Shown in pieces: positions 19,171-28,740 of a stretch of 64,000 nt of DNA. Each line of letters opens with the position of its first letter. The first letter of the stretch is position 1. The DNA is from Escherichia phage vB_EcoA_4HA11: sequence record MN445184, one strand, 5' to 3'. The notes below the pieces were generated by a model. It had not been told where the DNA came from. It did not search any database and was given only the letters and a program-made list of their open reading frames with translations. Made by a program: the position numbers and the translations under genes.

Positions 19171-21189
19171 TTAGAAAATGACTTTTACAGTACGGTTAAA
19201 CGCGCCGGACACTTTGACGAACACGTGGTTGCGTTGCGTCGTCGAGAATCCCAGACCGGACAGTTGGTTTTCATTCGGCTGGACTTTCATTTTACTACCC
19301 AACATTTCAAAAACCTTACGATGTTTATCCAGTTCCGGCTTCAGATATTCGTTGTAGAAACCACGAGTACCTTCAGGATTAGCACAGCCTTCAAGAATGA
19401 AGAACACGTGCTTGTTGCCTGTCTGCTCGCCATCCCAATGGTTTGGTGAATTCAGGACCAGCTGTACTTTCTGGAAGGTCGCAGTCTTGATACCCCAAAC
19501 TTCTTTAGACTTATCAACATTAGCCAGTTCGGACTTAATGCCAACAACTTGTTTGTCTTTAACAGTCAGGATGACTGCAGTGATACGCCCCTGATCTTTC
19601 AGGCCAGGATGGCTGAAACGATGCGTTGCGCCTTTGTATTCTACTTCGACTTCAAACCCTTCGTCGATTTTTTCACGTTGATTGTAGTTGTGGATTTCGA
19701 AACGGTATTCACCATCGCGCAGCTTGCTTTCATCTGTAAAGATGATATTTTCCACCGGGGCGCGGTTTGGATCAATACCATCCATACCGTTCATATCGAT
19801 ATCCAGATGGGCACCTGTCATAGAGCGGCGATCACGGAAGTAAACGTGCTCCATGTTGTTGAACATATGCAGATCGAGGTCGTCGTTGTTGTGCCACGCC
19901 AAGGAAACGCGCAGATACCCGTCAACTTTACCACCAGCAGCCTTTACACGTTCTTTAATGGAATCGGTCACTTCACCGTTGTAAGACCAGGAGAAACCGT
20001 TGTTCCACTTGAACAGGTTAGGCGCATCTGGGTTCGCCGGAGCAACCAGGGACATCAGGTTGCTAGTATGAGAATTCTCTACAAGCACTTCCATTGAATG
20101 CGCTTTTGGCAGAACATTGCTCAGGAAATCATCAACGCTGATCTCTTCAACTTTTTCCAGGGATTTGGTCGGAGTTTTCACTTCGGCGGCCAGCTGTGCA
20201 AACGGATCCATCGCTTTCTGAGCGGCCAGATCTGCGAACAGAACGTTGTTGATTGTCAGATCATCGTAAACCGCATAACGACGCGCCAGTGAGTCTTCCA
20301 AACCCAGAGCAATAACTTCTTTCTGAGCGTTTTCGATCATGGATTTTGAAACCAGCGCTGTCGGACGTTTGTAGTTCGCCGGAGCAACTTTGGATTCAAA
20401 CGATTTAACAGCCTTTTCCAGTTCCACGCCTTCGCTGATATCTGTCAGCAGAGTGCCGATAACTGTGTTGCGGATGCCGTGTGGAACATGATTGTTTGAA
20501 CGGTATCCAGTATGCCACGCCCACAGAGAACGGGCTGATTCGGGGACTTGTTCATATGCCTTTTTGGTTTCAACAAATCCCTTCACTGCTGCTTTGTGTT
20601 CTGCGCCGCGATACAGAGAATTCTGGTCAATCAGTTCCAGAACGATTTCAGCTGATTCCAGAGTAATTTCACGCAGACCGCGTTCAAACAATTCAATAGC
20701 CTGGCGAATTTCACCTTTTTTCGAAGCGATTGCGTCCGGACGCAGAACATAGCTACCAAGTAATTGGGTATGGAAATGATTGTAAGTACGGATTTTGCCA
20801 TCTTCACCAGATTCGTGATTGTGAGACAGGCCGACTTTGGCAGAATCGTTAAAATAAACATCGACGATTGCGTGTTGTTTGACATACGCGGAAAGAGCCG
20901 CAGCCACCACGTCATATTCATTACCCAGATCAATGTTGTCCCAGATAGAAATTACGTTCAGTTCTGAATCGATGGTGACAACACCGCCGATGTTACGGAT
21001 GAATTGTTTACAGCAGGTGCAATCGTGTTCAGTACGTTCGCGGTACAGCGGGTTAGTACCAGCAGGGAAAGATGCCAGATACAGATCCCAAAGAGCATCT
21101 TTATCGATATTGGTCATGAACAGACCAGTTGCGGACATCGCCAGCACGTTGTTATTAACTGCCGTTGCGAAGGGTTTGAATTCTGCCAT
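19171..21189 (-). CDS. large hypothetical protein (672 aa)
   Basis: Long uninterrupted ORF; no motif I can assign by eye. Confidence 0.55.
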   Translation of the reverse strand: MAEFKPFATAVNNNVLAMSATGLFMTNIDKDALWDLYLASFPAGTNPLYRERTEHDCTCCKQFIRNIGGVVTIDSELNVISIWDNIDLGNEYDVVAAALSAYVKQHAIVDVYFNDSAKVGLSHNHESGEDGKIRTYNHFHTQLLGSYVLRPDAIASKKGEIRQAIELFERGLREITLESAEIVLELIDQNSLYRGAEHKAAVKGFVETKKAYEQVPESARSLWAWHTGYRSNNHVPHGIRNTVIGTLLTDISEGVELEKAVKSFESKVAPANYKRPTALVSKSMIENAQKEVIALGLEDSLARRYAVYDDLTINNVLFADLAAQKAMDPFAQLAAEVKTPTKSLEKVEEISVDDFLSNVLPKAHSMEVLVENSHTSNLMSLVAPANPDAPNLFKWNNGFSWSYNGEVTDSIKERVKAAGGKVDGYLRVSLAWHNNDDLDLHMFNNMEHVYFRDRRSMTGAHLDIDMNGMDGIDPNRAPVENIIFTDESKLRDGEYRFEIHNYNQREKIDEGFEVEVEYKGATHRFSHPGLKDQGRITAVILTVKDKQVVGIKSELANVDKSKEVWGIKTATFQKVQLVLNSPNHWDGEQTGNKHVFFILEGCANPEGTRGFYNEYLKPELDKHRKVFEMLGSKMKVQPNENQLSGLGFSTTQRNHVFVKVSGAFNRTVKVIF

Positions 21190-21285
21190 GGTATAGTCTT
21201 CCTGTTTCAGTTCAAAGTGAGCGCCCTTATCGGGGCGCGTCGTTAAAGTGAGGTCAATATACGCTGAAAAGATTTATTGAAAAGT

Positions 21286-21693
21286 TTAAACGGGAATCAT
21301 GTTTACTCGAATACTTCTGAACCGTTTCCCGTCATAACTGGTGTAACCAACAACCGTAACTGATCTTGTTCCCTTTGGATAACCCTTTGGAGTACTCACA
21401 ACGCGCACAGGGCGCTTGCTTTCTTTATCGTATTTCGAAATCAATTTCAAAAGATGTTTATCGATCTGGCTTAAACTATCACCATACACGGTATATTGAT
21501 ATTGCTCGCAATTACCCAACAAAATGATAAATTTATAAATTTTGTCGACCAAAGATCGACATTTTGGATCATCATAATGATGCCGACAGACTTGACATTC
21601 ATATTTCCCAGTATTCATGTTGAACAATTTTGTCGCCCGACTTGAACACGCTGGGCATACTTTCCATGAACGATGATGTTTTACGGGTTTCAT
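21286..21693 (-). CDS. zinc-ribbon hypothetical protein
   Basis: CPACS...CQVCRHH cysteine pairs. Confidence 0.4.
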   Translation of the reverse strand: MKPVKHHRSWKVCPACSSRATKLFNMNTGKYECQVCRHHYDDPKCRSLVDKIYKFIILLGNCEQYQYTVYGDSLSQIDKHLLKLISKYDKESKRPVRVVSTPKGYPKGTRSVTVVGYTSYDGKRFRSIRVNMIPV

Positions 21694-22916
21694 TTTTTCA
21701 TCTTCTCTAACAGATTAATAGAACGAACGGGAGTCTTCTGTAATGGCTGATTAACTTCACCACCATTATACCCCACCTTTCCTCGAGGTTTCTCCCCGCG
21801 CATCACCGCCTCAACGCAGCGGGTATATTTCTGAAGTTCACAGAACATGTTCTCCAACTGCATAACATTCATGCAACGGTCTTCCGGTTCTTCTGCCGAC
21901 CAAAATTCATTACGTTTATACCCGTACTGAGCGAACAATTGATCTTGATGATCACGAACCCAGAATATGCATTCTTCATGCGTCATGCCGTCCTTGTCCA
22001 AAAATAACAGATCGATACCAGCACGGCAACCTGGACCAGCGATAGTGAAGTGGTTTTCACTGAATGGATATTCATCGATGTATGTAAAATCAACCCAAAT
22101 CTGGTATGCCAAGAATGGTCCAAGCCCCTCAATGTCGTCATACATCGCCTGGTAAACAGAGTCGGGACGGCTAAATTCCCTGAGGCGATCAAAGTAATGA
22201 GGGTGTTTGTTGACGAATGCCTTCAAAGAGCGGATGACTCGCATCGGCATGTATGGTTCCCAGCCTTCTATTTTGTATTCACCAGGATTATCTTCGGCCA
22301 GCTTCTTGGCAACCTTGTAATCCATTTCATCTATAACACCGCCAACCCGATGGACTTTTACCTTCATGCCGCCAAAGCGTTGCTCCTTGTGGTTGACAAC
22401 TAGTTCAGGGAAAGCCAGGCATTGTTTCAGACCGCCTGTATTAAACGCATTGGTGAAAACTTTGCCACCTTTAGATTCGAATTCCTGAAGAACATCTCGA
22501 CACCATTCAAGATTTATGTTTCCGAATTCTTCGATCGTCCATGGACCACCCAAAGCCTGTATAGGTTCCCACATGTTGTACATTCGGAACAATACACAGT
22601 TGAACATTTTGTCAGATAGCGTGAGATCCTGATCGAGGATGATATTATTGATCAAATTTCGAGACTGCCTATCGTGCTCTCTCCGCACGTTACAAAACTT
22701 GACTTGGCGTAATACCGGATTATCCGTCCATGGCGCTGGAAGGCATTGCACGTCCTTCTTGACATGTATCGCATAACGATCCCTCATCCATTCATATGCC
22801 AGCTGGCGGTGGAATGAACTTAACATAGGATGGGCTGATTTGATTTTGGTTTCACGGACACCGCAATATGGGATGTCATGTGGTTTATCTTTCATGGTAT
22901 CCTCTCTAGAATACAA
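21690..22916 (-). CDS. hypothetical protein (408 aa), possibly enzymatic
   Basis: Long ORF, 4-bp overlap with downstream gene. Confidence 0.5.
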   Translation of the reverse strand: MYSREDTMKDKPHDIPYCGVRETKIKSAHPMLSSFHRQLAYEWMRDRYAIHVKKDVQCLPAPWTDNPVLRQVKFCNVRREHDRQSRNLINNIILDQDLTLSDKMFNCVLFRMYNMWEPIQALGGPWTIEEFGNINLEWCRDVLQEFESKGGKVFTNAFNTGGLKQCLAFPELVVNHKEQRFGGMKVKVHRVGGVIDEMDYKVAKKLAEDNPGEYKIEGWEPYMPMRVIRSLKAFVNKHPHYFDRLREFSRPDSVYQAMYDDIEGLGPFLAYQIWVDFTYIDEYPFSENHFTIAGPGCRAGIDLLFLDKDGMTHEECIFWVRDHQDQLFAQYGYKRNEFWSAEEPEDRCMNVMQLENMFCELQKYTRCVEAVMRGEKPRGKVGYNGGEVNQPLQKTPVRSINLLEKMKK

Positions 22917-22964
22917 AAACAGAGGCCATTATAGCCTCTGTTGTTTAGTGAATAACGGATTATA

Positions 22965-23915
22965 TTAATCGAAGCGAGAGAGGTGTGTCACAGTGTTTTG
23001 AACAGGTGCGCACGCGTATACACGAACATTAGCACCCCACACCCCACACAGCTTAGGCATATTGGTATCGTTAATGATATACGCTGGCACATAACTTTCA
23101 ATTTGGCCGTTAACATCTACGGGTCGAGAAGATTTTTCAACTGCCATAGAAAGAATTACTTCCAACGTTTTTGGAGATACCAACGCCACGCCGTTCATAT
23201 CATCAACAAATACCTGACCTTCTTCAATTGCCATGCTGGCAACGATGTCATTGATCTGACGGGAAGGGGTATTCGTCAGCATATCAGAGAAATCAGGCTC
23301 TTTGAACACAGCCATGTTTTTCAGGAATTTTCCTTTCGGATATTCTTTGCCATTCCACATCACAGTCTCATTCACTTTGATGCATGCCTGAGGGAATTCA
23401 CCTTCAACGCGTAACTGGCCATCTGGGAAACCGCGTGAATAATAATATTCCAGTGCCGGACCGACTTCATCTTCTGAGCGAATAAATTTGCTCATGTTAG
23501 AGGCAAACACACGTTGTAAACATTCATCACCATTAAAACCAGCGATATGGGCCACGCCGTCATTAACAGTTGTGATATCACCCTGAGCGTCCATGATGGC
23601 TTTCAGGATTTTATCCATATCAACATCATCGGTGTCTTCTTTTGGAGTTGCCACCAGCTCAAGTTTGATGTCATGATCGAAATAAGCCGCTTCCAGTAAT
23701 TCGCGGGTCTCTTCCAGAACCAGTTTGGCCTGATTGCGAATTTTACCGAAGTCAGGGGCTGTAATATATCCAGCCGCATTACCAAAAGCCAAATTCAATC
23801 TCACGTTTTTATTAAATGTAGTTGTCATAATATAGCGACTCCAGTTATTCGCTTTTTGCCCGACTTGGGCGAATAGTGTATTTTGGAACCAATTTCCACT
23901 CAGAAACTTGGTCAT
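22965..23915 (-). CDS. hypothetical protein
   Basis: 316-aa ORF; true start may be the internal Met at about 23828. Confidence 0.45.
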   Translation of the reverse strand: MTKFLSGNWFQNTLFAQVGQKANNWSRYIMTTTFNKNVRLNLAFGNAAGYITAPDFGKIRNQAKLVLEETRELLEAAYFDHDIKLELVATPKEDTDDVDMDKILKAIMDAQGDITTVNDGVAHIAGFNGDECLQRVFASNMSKFIRSEDEVGPALEYYYSRGFPDGQLRVEGEFPQACIKVNETVMWNGKEYPKGKFLKNMAVFKEPDFSDMLTNTPSRQINDIVASMAIEEGQVFVDDMNGVALVSPKTLEVILSMAVEKSSRPVDVNGQIESYVPAYIINDTNMPKLCGVWGANVRVYACAPVQNTVTHLSRFD

Positions 23916-24309
23916 GTTTTACAACTTTGATCCGAGACATGTCAGCCACTTCGGTTATTTGTTCCGGATGCAAGATCTTAACCATATTCCATTGCTCCAG
24001 AAGCCGTATAATCCGATTCATACGCAGGACATCTTCACGCGTAAAGCCGTTATAGTGCCCATCTAGCATGAACAAATGCTTGAAATGCACGATGTGATAT
24101 CTGCCAAATTTATGCAGGATATGACACGTTTGATACAAGGTGTTAGGCTCTTGACGAGTGTTAACCCCTATCCGACTCAGCGTTTCCTTGATACCCAGGA
24201 AAATCCCTGGTTTGTCTTGGTTCAATTGAACTTCAACCATACAGTCAACAATGCTGGCCTCATCGTTGACAGCTGAAAGTTTTAAGATGTCCAGCGTATT
24301 ACGCGCCAT
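23845..24309 (-). CDS. regA: RegA translational repressor
   Basis: LYQTCHILHKFGRYHIVHFKHLFMLDG and EWKLVPKYTI match T4 RegA; probable start ATG 24240 (131 aa). Confidence 0.8.
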   Translation of the reverse strand: MARNTLDILKLSAVNDEASIVDCMVEVQLNQDKPGIFLGIKETLSRIGVNTRQEPNTLYQTCHILHKFGRYHIVHFKHLFMLDGHYNGFTREDVLRMNRIIRLLEQWNMVKILHPEQITEVADMSRIKVVKHDQVSEWKLVPKYTIRPSRAKSE

Positions 24310-24338
24310 GACTCATACCCCTTTAACAATTATTTGAA

Positions 24339-24761
24339 TTACTTAGCCTTGCGCGGTTTGGCTTTTTCGTTGCTGTTGGAACGTTCGACCTTCGCCTTGA
24401 TTTCAGCCAGGACTTCTTTCGGCAGGAATCGAACATATTCTGAAGCCTTTTCAGGACTGATGTAATAATACTCAGAAATCAATTTCACATCAGGATCCAT
24501 AGCTCCCTTCTTAGACCACTTGTCATAGCGACGTTTTGCCGGAATGCTATGAAACGCCAGGTTCCATTGCATCCAAGGAGTAATGGCATGGAAGCGGTTC
24601 ATTTGTTCGGCAACCACAAGCGTGTCTTTACTCTGAGCAAGGCCGCGCCGAGTCATGAAAGGATCAAAAGCCTTTCTGATTTCGGGGTCTTCGGTCATCA
24701 ACAGATTCTCTTTGGTGCTATTCAACGCACCGAGGTAATCGAACAGTGACGGAGCGGCCAT
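24339..24761 (-). CDS. gp62: clamp loader small subunit (gp62-like)
   Basis: AKRRYDKWSKK parallels T4 gp62 RGKRYGKWAK; follows gp44 as in T4. Confidence 0.6.
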   Translation of the reverse strand: MAAPSLFDYLGALNSTKENLLMTEDPEIRKAFDPFMTRRGLAQSKDTLVVAEQMNRFHAITPWMQWNLAFHSIPAKRRYDKWSKKGAMDPDVKLISEYYYISPEKASEYVRFLPKEVLAEIKAKVERSNSNEKAKPRKAK

Positions 24762-24765
24762 AATA

Positions 24766-25755
24766 TTACTTCCATTTGATGTTGAGCATGACGTTAGTCA
24801 AGAAGTAAACGCCGTGCAACCAGACGTCGCCGACGGAACGATGTTCGATCTGAGACTGACCACAGACGCATACCAGATCAGGGATTGACTCGTTTTGAAT
24901 CAAAGGAGTCTTTTCCTTGTTCTGGGGAACGCAGAAATGGAAGAAACGGGAATAAAAATCTTCAGTGATGTAGTTTTGGTTGTCGGTCACCCACTGCTTC
25001 ATCCCAGCCCAATCATTGGTTTTTAGGAAATCCACCAACGCTTGGAATTCCCCTGCTTTAACCTGTGCCAGAGCGCGTTCATCGATTTTACCAAACGTGG
25101 TGGCATTATCCTGAAGAGTTCCCATAATTTTGCGATTATCTGGGAAATATGATTTCACAATGGAAGCAATTACACCAGCTTCATACGGAATGCCTTCCTC
25201 TGTCAGGATAGTTGCGCAACGACGCATGAATTGAAGTTTAACTTCATCTGCTTCCTTTTCAGACCAGATAAAATCAATTTCGCGACAGCGGGAACGCAGA
25301 GGTTCGTTAACGCGCTGTTTCGCATTAGTCGTCAGGATGAAGGAGCAGTTTTTGGAGACTTTCTCTACGATGCCTTTCAGGGATTCCTGTGCCGCCATAG
25401 AAAGTCGCTCAACTTCATCAAGGATAACGACTTTACGGCCACCGAAAACACTGACGCCAGTTGCGTATTGAATAACACGGTCACGGATGACATCAATGCT
25501 GTTATCCAGTGACGCATTGATCATCAACGGTTTGATACAACCGATTTCGTTGCAAACAGCCAGAGCAGAAGTAGTCTTGCCCGTACCAGGCTGAGGGGAA
25601 TAGAACAGCATTGAGGGGATGTTTCCATTGCCTGATGTAACATAGCCATGGATTTTTGCACGGACGTCTGAAGGGAGGACGATCTCATCCAGATTGTCAG
25701 GGCGATATTTGTTTTCCCACGCGTATTGATCTGTGACGATAGTGATGTTAGACAT
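24766..25755 (-). CDS. gp44: clamp loader large subunit, RFC-like AAA+ ATPase (gp44-like)
   Basis: Walker A PQPGTGKTT, Walker B VVILDEVE; SD AAAGAGG upstream of ATG. Confidence 0.85.
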   Translation of the reverse strand: MSNITIVTDQYAWENKYRPDNLDEIVLPSDVRAKIHGYVTSGNGNIPSMLFYSPQPGTGKTTSALAVCNEIGCIKPLMINASLDNSIDVIRDRVIQYATGVSVFGGRKVVILDEVERLSMAAQESLKGIVEKVSKNCSFILTTNAKQRVNEPLRSRCREIDFIWSEKEADEVKLQFMRRCATILTEEGIPYEAGVIASIVKSYFPDNRKIMGTLQDNATTFGKIDERALAQVKAGEFQALVDFLKTNDWAGMKQWVTDNQNYITEDFYSRFFHFCVPQNKEKTPLIQNESIPDLVCVCGQSQIEHRSVGDVWLHGVYFLTNVMLNIKWK

Positions 25756-25785
25756 TGCAGCCTCTTTAGATAAAACGTTTCAAAG

Positions 25786-25803
25786 GGCGGGGAAACCCCC
25801 GCC
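25786..25803 (-). promoter_or_regulatory. intercistronic hairpin between gp45 and gp44 genes
   Basis: GGCGGGG-loop-CCCCGCC stem about 20 nt upstream of the gp44 SD; weak U-tract. Confidence 0.35.
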
Positions 25804-25833
25804 ACCGATAATAAAGCGCCGAATCGTTATTGA

Positions 25834-26517
25834 TTAATCCAGCTGCATGCCGACGTAATAGTTGATGGTGCCGTCTGCGGATTGGAAGTTAACCAGTTGC
25901 ATTTCGGCACAGGCGCGGATCACGTAGTTGCCTTCGATCATTTTCAGGTTGACCACATCAACAGGCATAGCAAAATCACCCAGAGTTGTTTCACCCAACT
26001 CAACAGTGTAATCGTTGGAATTGTCGATAGTAGTGGTCGTGCCCACCAGACGAGTTTTACCGCCGCTGGCAACCAGACGTACAGTTTTGTGGCCCAGAGT
26101 AGAACAGGCGCGAGTCAGCTCTTTCATTTTTTCAGGAGTGACTGTTGCTTCAAATTCTACAGACGGAAGATCGATGCTGTCTGCCGGAACGACAGTCAGT
26201 TCTTTAGCGGAACGCCAGAATTGCAGTTGGGAGTTTTCACCTTTCAGCAAAATGTGGTCTTCCGACATTTCAATTTTACCGCCTTTAAAACTCGGCAGAC
26301 GCTGGATTGCCAGCAATTTGGTCAGATCCAGAATCGGGAATTCGAACGGGAAGTCTTCGTCAATGTCGGCAATAGCGATAACTGTACTGGAATCGTTAAC
26401 AGTGCGCAACTTTTTACCAGGTGCCAGAACGATAGAGGGGCAGATGGTTTCAAAGTTAGCCAGCAGTTGTAAAGTGCGTTCGGAGAGAGTGATCTCTTGC
26501 ATTAGTTGTATCCTCAA
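25834..26517 (-). CDS. gp45: sliding clamp (gp45-like)
   Basis: Length and N-terminal pattern (ITLSERTLQLLANFETI) parallel T4 gp45; track start is TTG, likelier ATG 26502 with GAGGA SD. Confidence 0.75.
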   Translation of the reverse strand: MRIQLMQEITLSERTLQLLANFETICPSIVLAPGKKLRTVNDSSTVIAIADIDEDFPFEFPILDLTKLLAIQRLPSFKGGKIEMSEDHILLKGENSQLQFWRSAKELTVVPADSIDLPSVEFEATVTPEKMKELTRACSTLGHKTVRLVASGGKTRLVGTTTTIDNSNDYTVELGETTLGDFAMPVDVVNLKMIEGNYVIRACAEMQLVNFQSADGTINYYVGMQLD

Positions 26518-26608
26518 AATATAGTGGGGTTCAAGTCATATTTGACGCAAATTAGTATCGCGTGTTTGTAGTTATAGAACAAGTGATAAATTGCCCTACG
26601 CGCGATAA

Positions 26609-26630
26609 ATAAATGCCTGACGGCATTTAT
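26609..26630. promoter_or_regulatory. perfect 9-4-9 palindrome ATAAATGCC-TGAC-GGCATTTAT in divergent intergenic region
   Basis: Read directly from sequence; sits in the 323-bp AT-rich gap between divergent genes. Confidence 0.35.
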
Positions 26631-26693
26631 AATATTCTGTTTTAATAAAACCTTTCTTTATCAGTCTACTCGCTTCGCTCGTGATAATACTCG

Positions 26694-26722
26694 TTGCTCG
26701 CAAAGCTCACAACTCGTATATT
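26694..26722 (+). promoter_or_regulatory. candidate sigma70-type promoter (TTGCTC-17-TATATT)
   Basis: Hexamers with 17-bp spacer about 120 bp upstream of the plus-strand gene at 26841. Confidence 0.25.
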
Positions 26723-26840
26723 ACGCACGGATTGTTCAACAAGAAAGCGATTTTTATTCAACAATTAAAATATTTTATTTGGTCTAAACAGAGCATGACA
26801 TTATTATGTAGCCAAGTTTGCTAACACGCGAGAAATACAT

Positions 26841-27206
26841 ATGAAGCAATTTGTTGGTTTATACGCAGTAGGGGAAGACCAAGAAGCAATTCTTTCCATA
26901 TCAGAACAACGTTCGTCATTAAAAGGCGTTTATTTACAAAGCCTTTTCTGTACATCGGGGTTTGTTGTGACACCGATGATGGTGATACCATTACTCCCAA
27001 ATAACAAAGGTCTGTATGTTGGCATTATTCAACAAGGCCAGGCGCGGGAAGTGAAAGTTGTTCCACTGCTGGCATCTAATGAAGAATTGTTTTCTCAGAT
27101 TCTTGAGCCGAAAGTGCTACAACAATGTATTGGCACGATCGACTGTTTATTTGGTTCCAACAAAGAAGGCGAGGCAACCCCCGCCTATGTGAACCAAGAT
27201 CTTTGA
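26841..27206 (+). CDS. hypothetical protein (plus strand)
   Basis: 121-aa ORF with ATG start after divergent intergenic region. Confidence 0.45.
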   Translation: MKQFVGLYAVGEDQEAILSISEQRSSLKGVYLQSLFCTSGFVVTPMMVIPLLPNNKGLYVGIIQQGQAREVKVVPLLASNEELFSQILEPKVLQQCIGTIDCLFGSNKEGEATPAYVNQDL

Positions 27207-27211
27207 AATAG

Positions 27212-28714
27212 TTAGAGCGCCACTTTTTTCATTTTAACAGGGTGGCGCTCCATAAGATAAAATTTATATCTCTCATGAGAATGCCTGAGAGCATGGTTGT
27301 AGGAACCGTTGTAGCGCAGGTTGTCTACCAGGTCCCAGATTCGCGCAACATCCTTAGAGGAATGCTGACGCATCAAACGCCCCAATGTCTGTATAACACG
27401 GATATAAGATTTGCTGGGATGGGCCAATATCAGATGATGGAGTTTTTTGATAGATACGCCCTGTTGCATAGTACCATATGATGCCAACAGTGTTATATCT
27501 TCCCCTTCTTCCATAGCAGCCTGAATCTGTTTACGAACTTCTGTCTTGACTTCCCCGTTGATGACGAATACGTTTTTCTTGACTGCCGATAGCATTTCAT
27601 AAACCAACATCATGTGTGCATCGATACGTTCGAACATGACCGCCACGTTCCCTTTCAAAGACAGAGCCATTCGGGCTATCAATTCATTGCGGCGTTCGTT
27701 AGCAATGAGAAATTCTATTTCCTTTTGATACTCAGCACCGTGCATTTCAATACAGTCTGCCATAGGATGTATGACTTCAATCATATTAACATTGATGTCT
27801 GCCGCATATCCTAGATCGATTAAATCGCGCGCTGTAATAATTTTATGATATGCGCCAAAGTGAGCAACGACTTGTAACCCTGCGACCTTTGTATTCGCCA
27901 GGGTTCCGGTTACTCCCAAACGTTGATCAGCGTTAATACAGTTGTTCAAGATGTAAGACAATTTATCTGATTTTGATGTATGTACTTCGTCGACGACGAT
28001 ATCTCCAAATTGATGGAACCACTCTTTGGGTTGGTTCTGGATACCTTGCCAAGTTGAAATAACTATGGGTTTGAAAATCTCTTTCGTTGCCCCTTCGTAT
28101 ATTGTCTGGACGTTCATCAATGGCTTCCATTCTGTCCCGTGGCTATATTCTTCGAAGTTGTCATACAACTGAGTCACCAAATGAATGGATGGTACAACGA
28201 TTAACGTCCTCAGATTACTTTCGAGGGCATCTCTGCGTTGCCTGTAGTAACGCGCCATGATGTACAAAATAAAGGATTTACCAGCACTCGTGGCAGCTTC
28301 GAGGACACATCTACTTTGCCGTATTGCTGTGGCAATAGAATCAAATTGATATTCGCGGACAAACGCTTTTTGATATTGTTTGTTTTCGTCTCGGTACACT
28401 GCATTCAATGTATCGATGAACGCATGAATTTCTTCATCCGGAATATCTTGAATATATTTTAAGGCCGGATCTAATTTGATGGTGTAACCGTTCATCTTAC
28501 AGAATTTGAACACCTCAAATAACAGGCCGATGTCGATAAGCCCAGAACTCTTTGTGAACAGCCGCACTACGCCGTCCCATTTACTGAACGGATTCGGTTG
28601 GAAATTAGGATCTTCAAATTTGAAGTAATCGTTGAGTTCTTCACGGATATAATCCTCGGTAAGGATCCGCATTCTAACTTCGTTCACTTTGACTATTTGG
28701 ATCTCAGACATCAC
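27212..28714 (-). CDS. uvsW: UvsW-like SF2 RNA-DNA/DNA helicase
   Basis: Walker A AATSAGKS, DEVH box VVDEVHTS, C-terminal HHLILAHPSKSYIRVIQTLGR..VARIWDLVD parallels T4 UvsW. Confidence 0.8.
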   Translation of the reverse strand: MMSEIQIVKVNEVRMRILTEDYIREELNDYFKFEDPNFQPNPFSKWDGVVRLFTKSSGLIDIGLLFEVFKFCKMNGYTIKLDPALKYIQDIPDEEIHAFIDTLNAVYRDENKQYQKAFVREYQFDSIATAIRQSRCVLEAATSAGKSFILYIMARYYRQRRDALESNLRTLIVVPSIHLVTQLYDNFEEYSHGTEWKPLMNVQTIYEGATKEIFKPIVISTWQGIQNQPKEWFHQFGDIVVDEVHTSKSDKLSYILNNCINADQRLGVTGTLANTKVAGLQVVAHFGAYHKIITARDLIDLGYAADINVNMIEVIHPMADCIEMHGAEYQKEIEFLIANERRNELIARMALSLKGNVAVMFERIDAHMMLVYEMLSAVKKNVFVINGEVKTEVRKQIQAAMEEGEDITLLASYGTMQQGVSIKKLHHLILAHPSKSYIRVIQTLGRLMRQHSSKDVARIWDLVDNLRYNGSYNHALRHSHERYKFYLMERHPVKMKKVAL

Positions 28715-28740
28715 TAATTTCCCCCAATATTATGGAGTAT

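Noticed and set aside
19171-23915. Possibility that the ORFs after RegA are a split DNA polymerase (43A/43B), as in some T4-like phages
   Set aside because: None of the three proteins shows B-family polymerase exonuclease or polymerase motifs (DxE, YGDTDS, KxxxNSxYG) by eye; the polymerase is probably outside this window.
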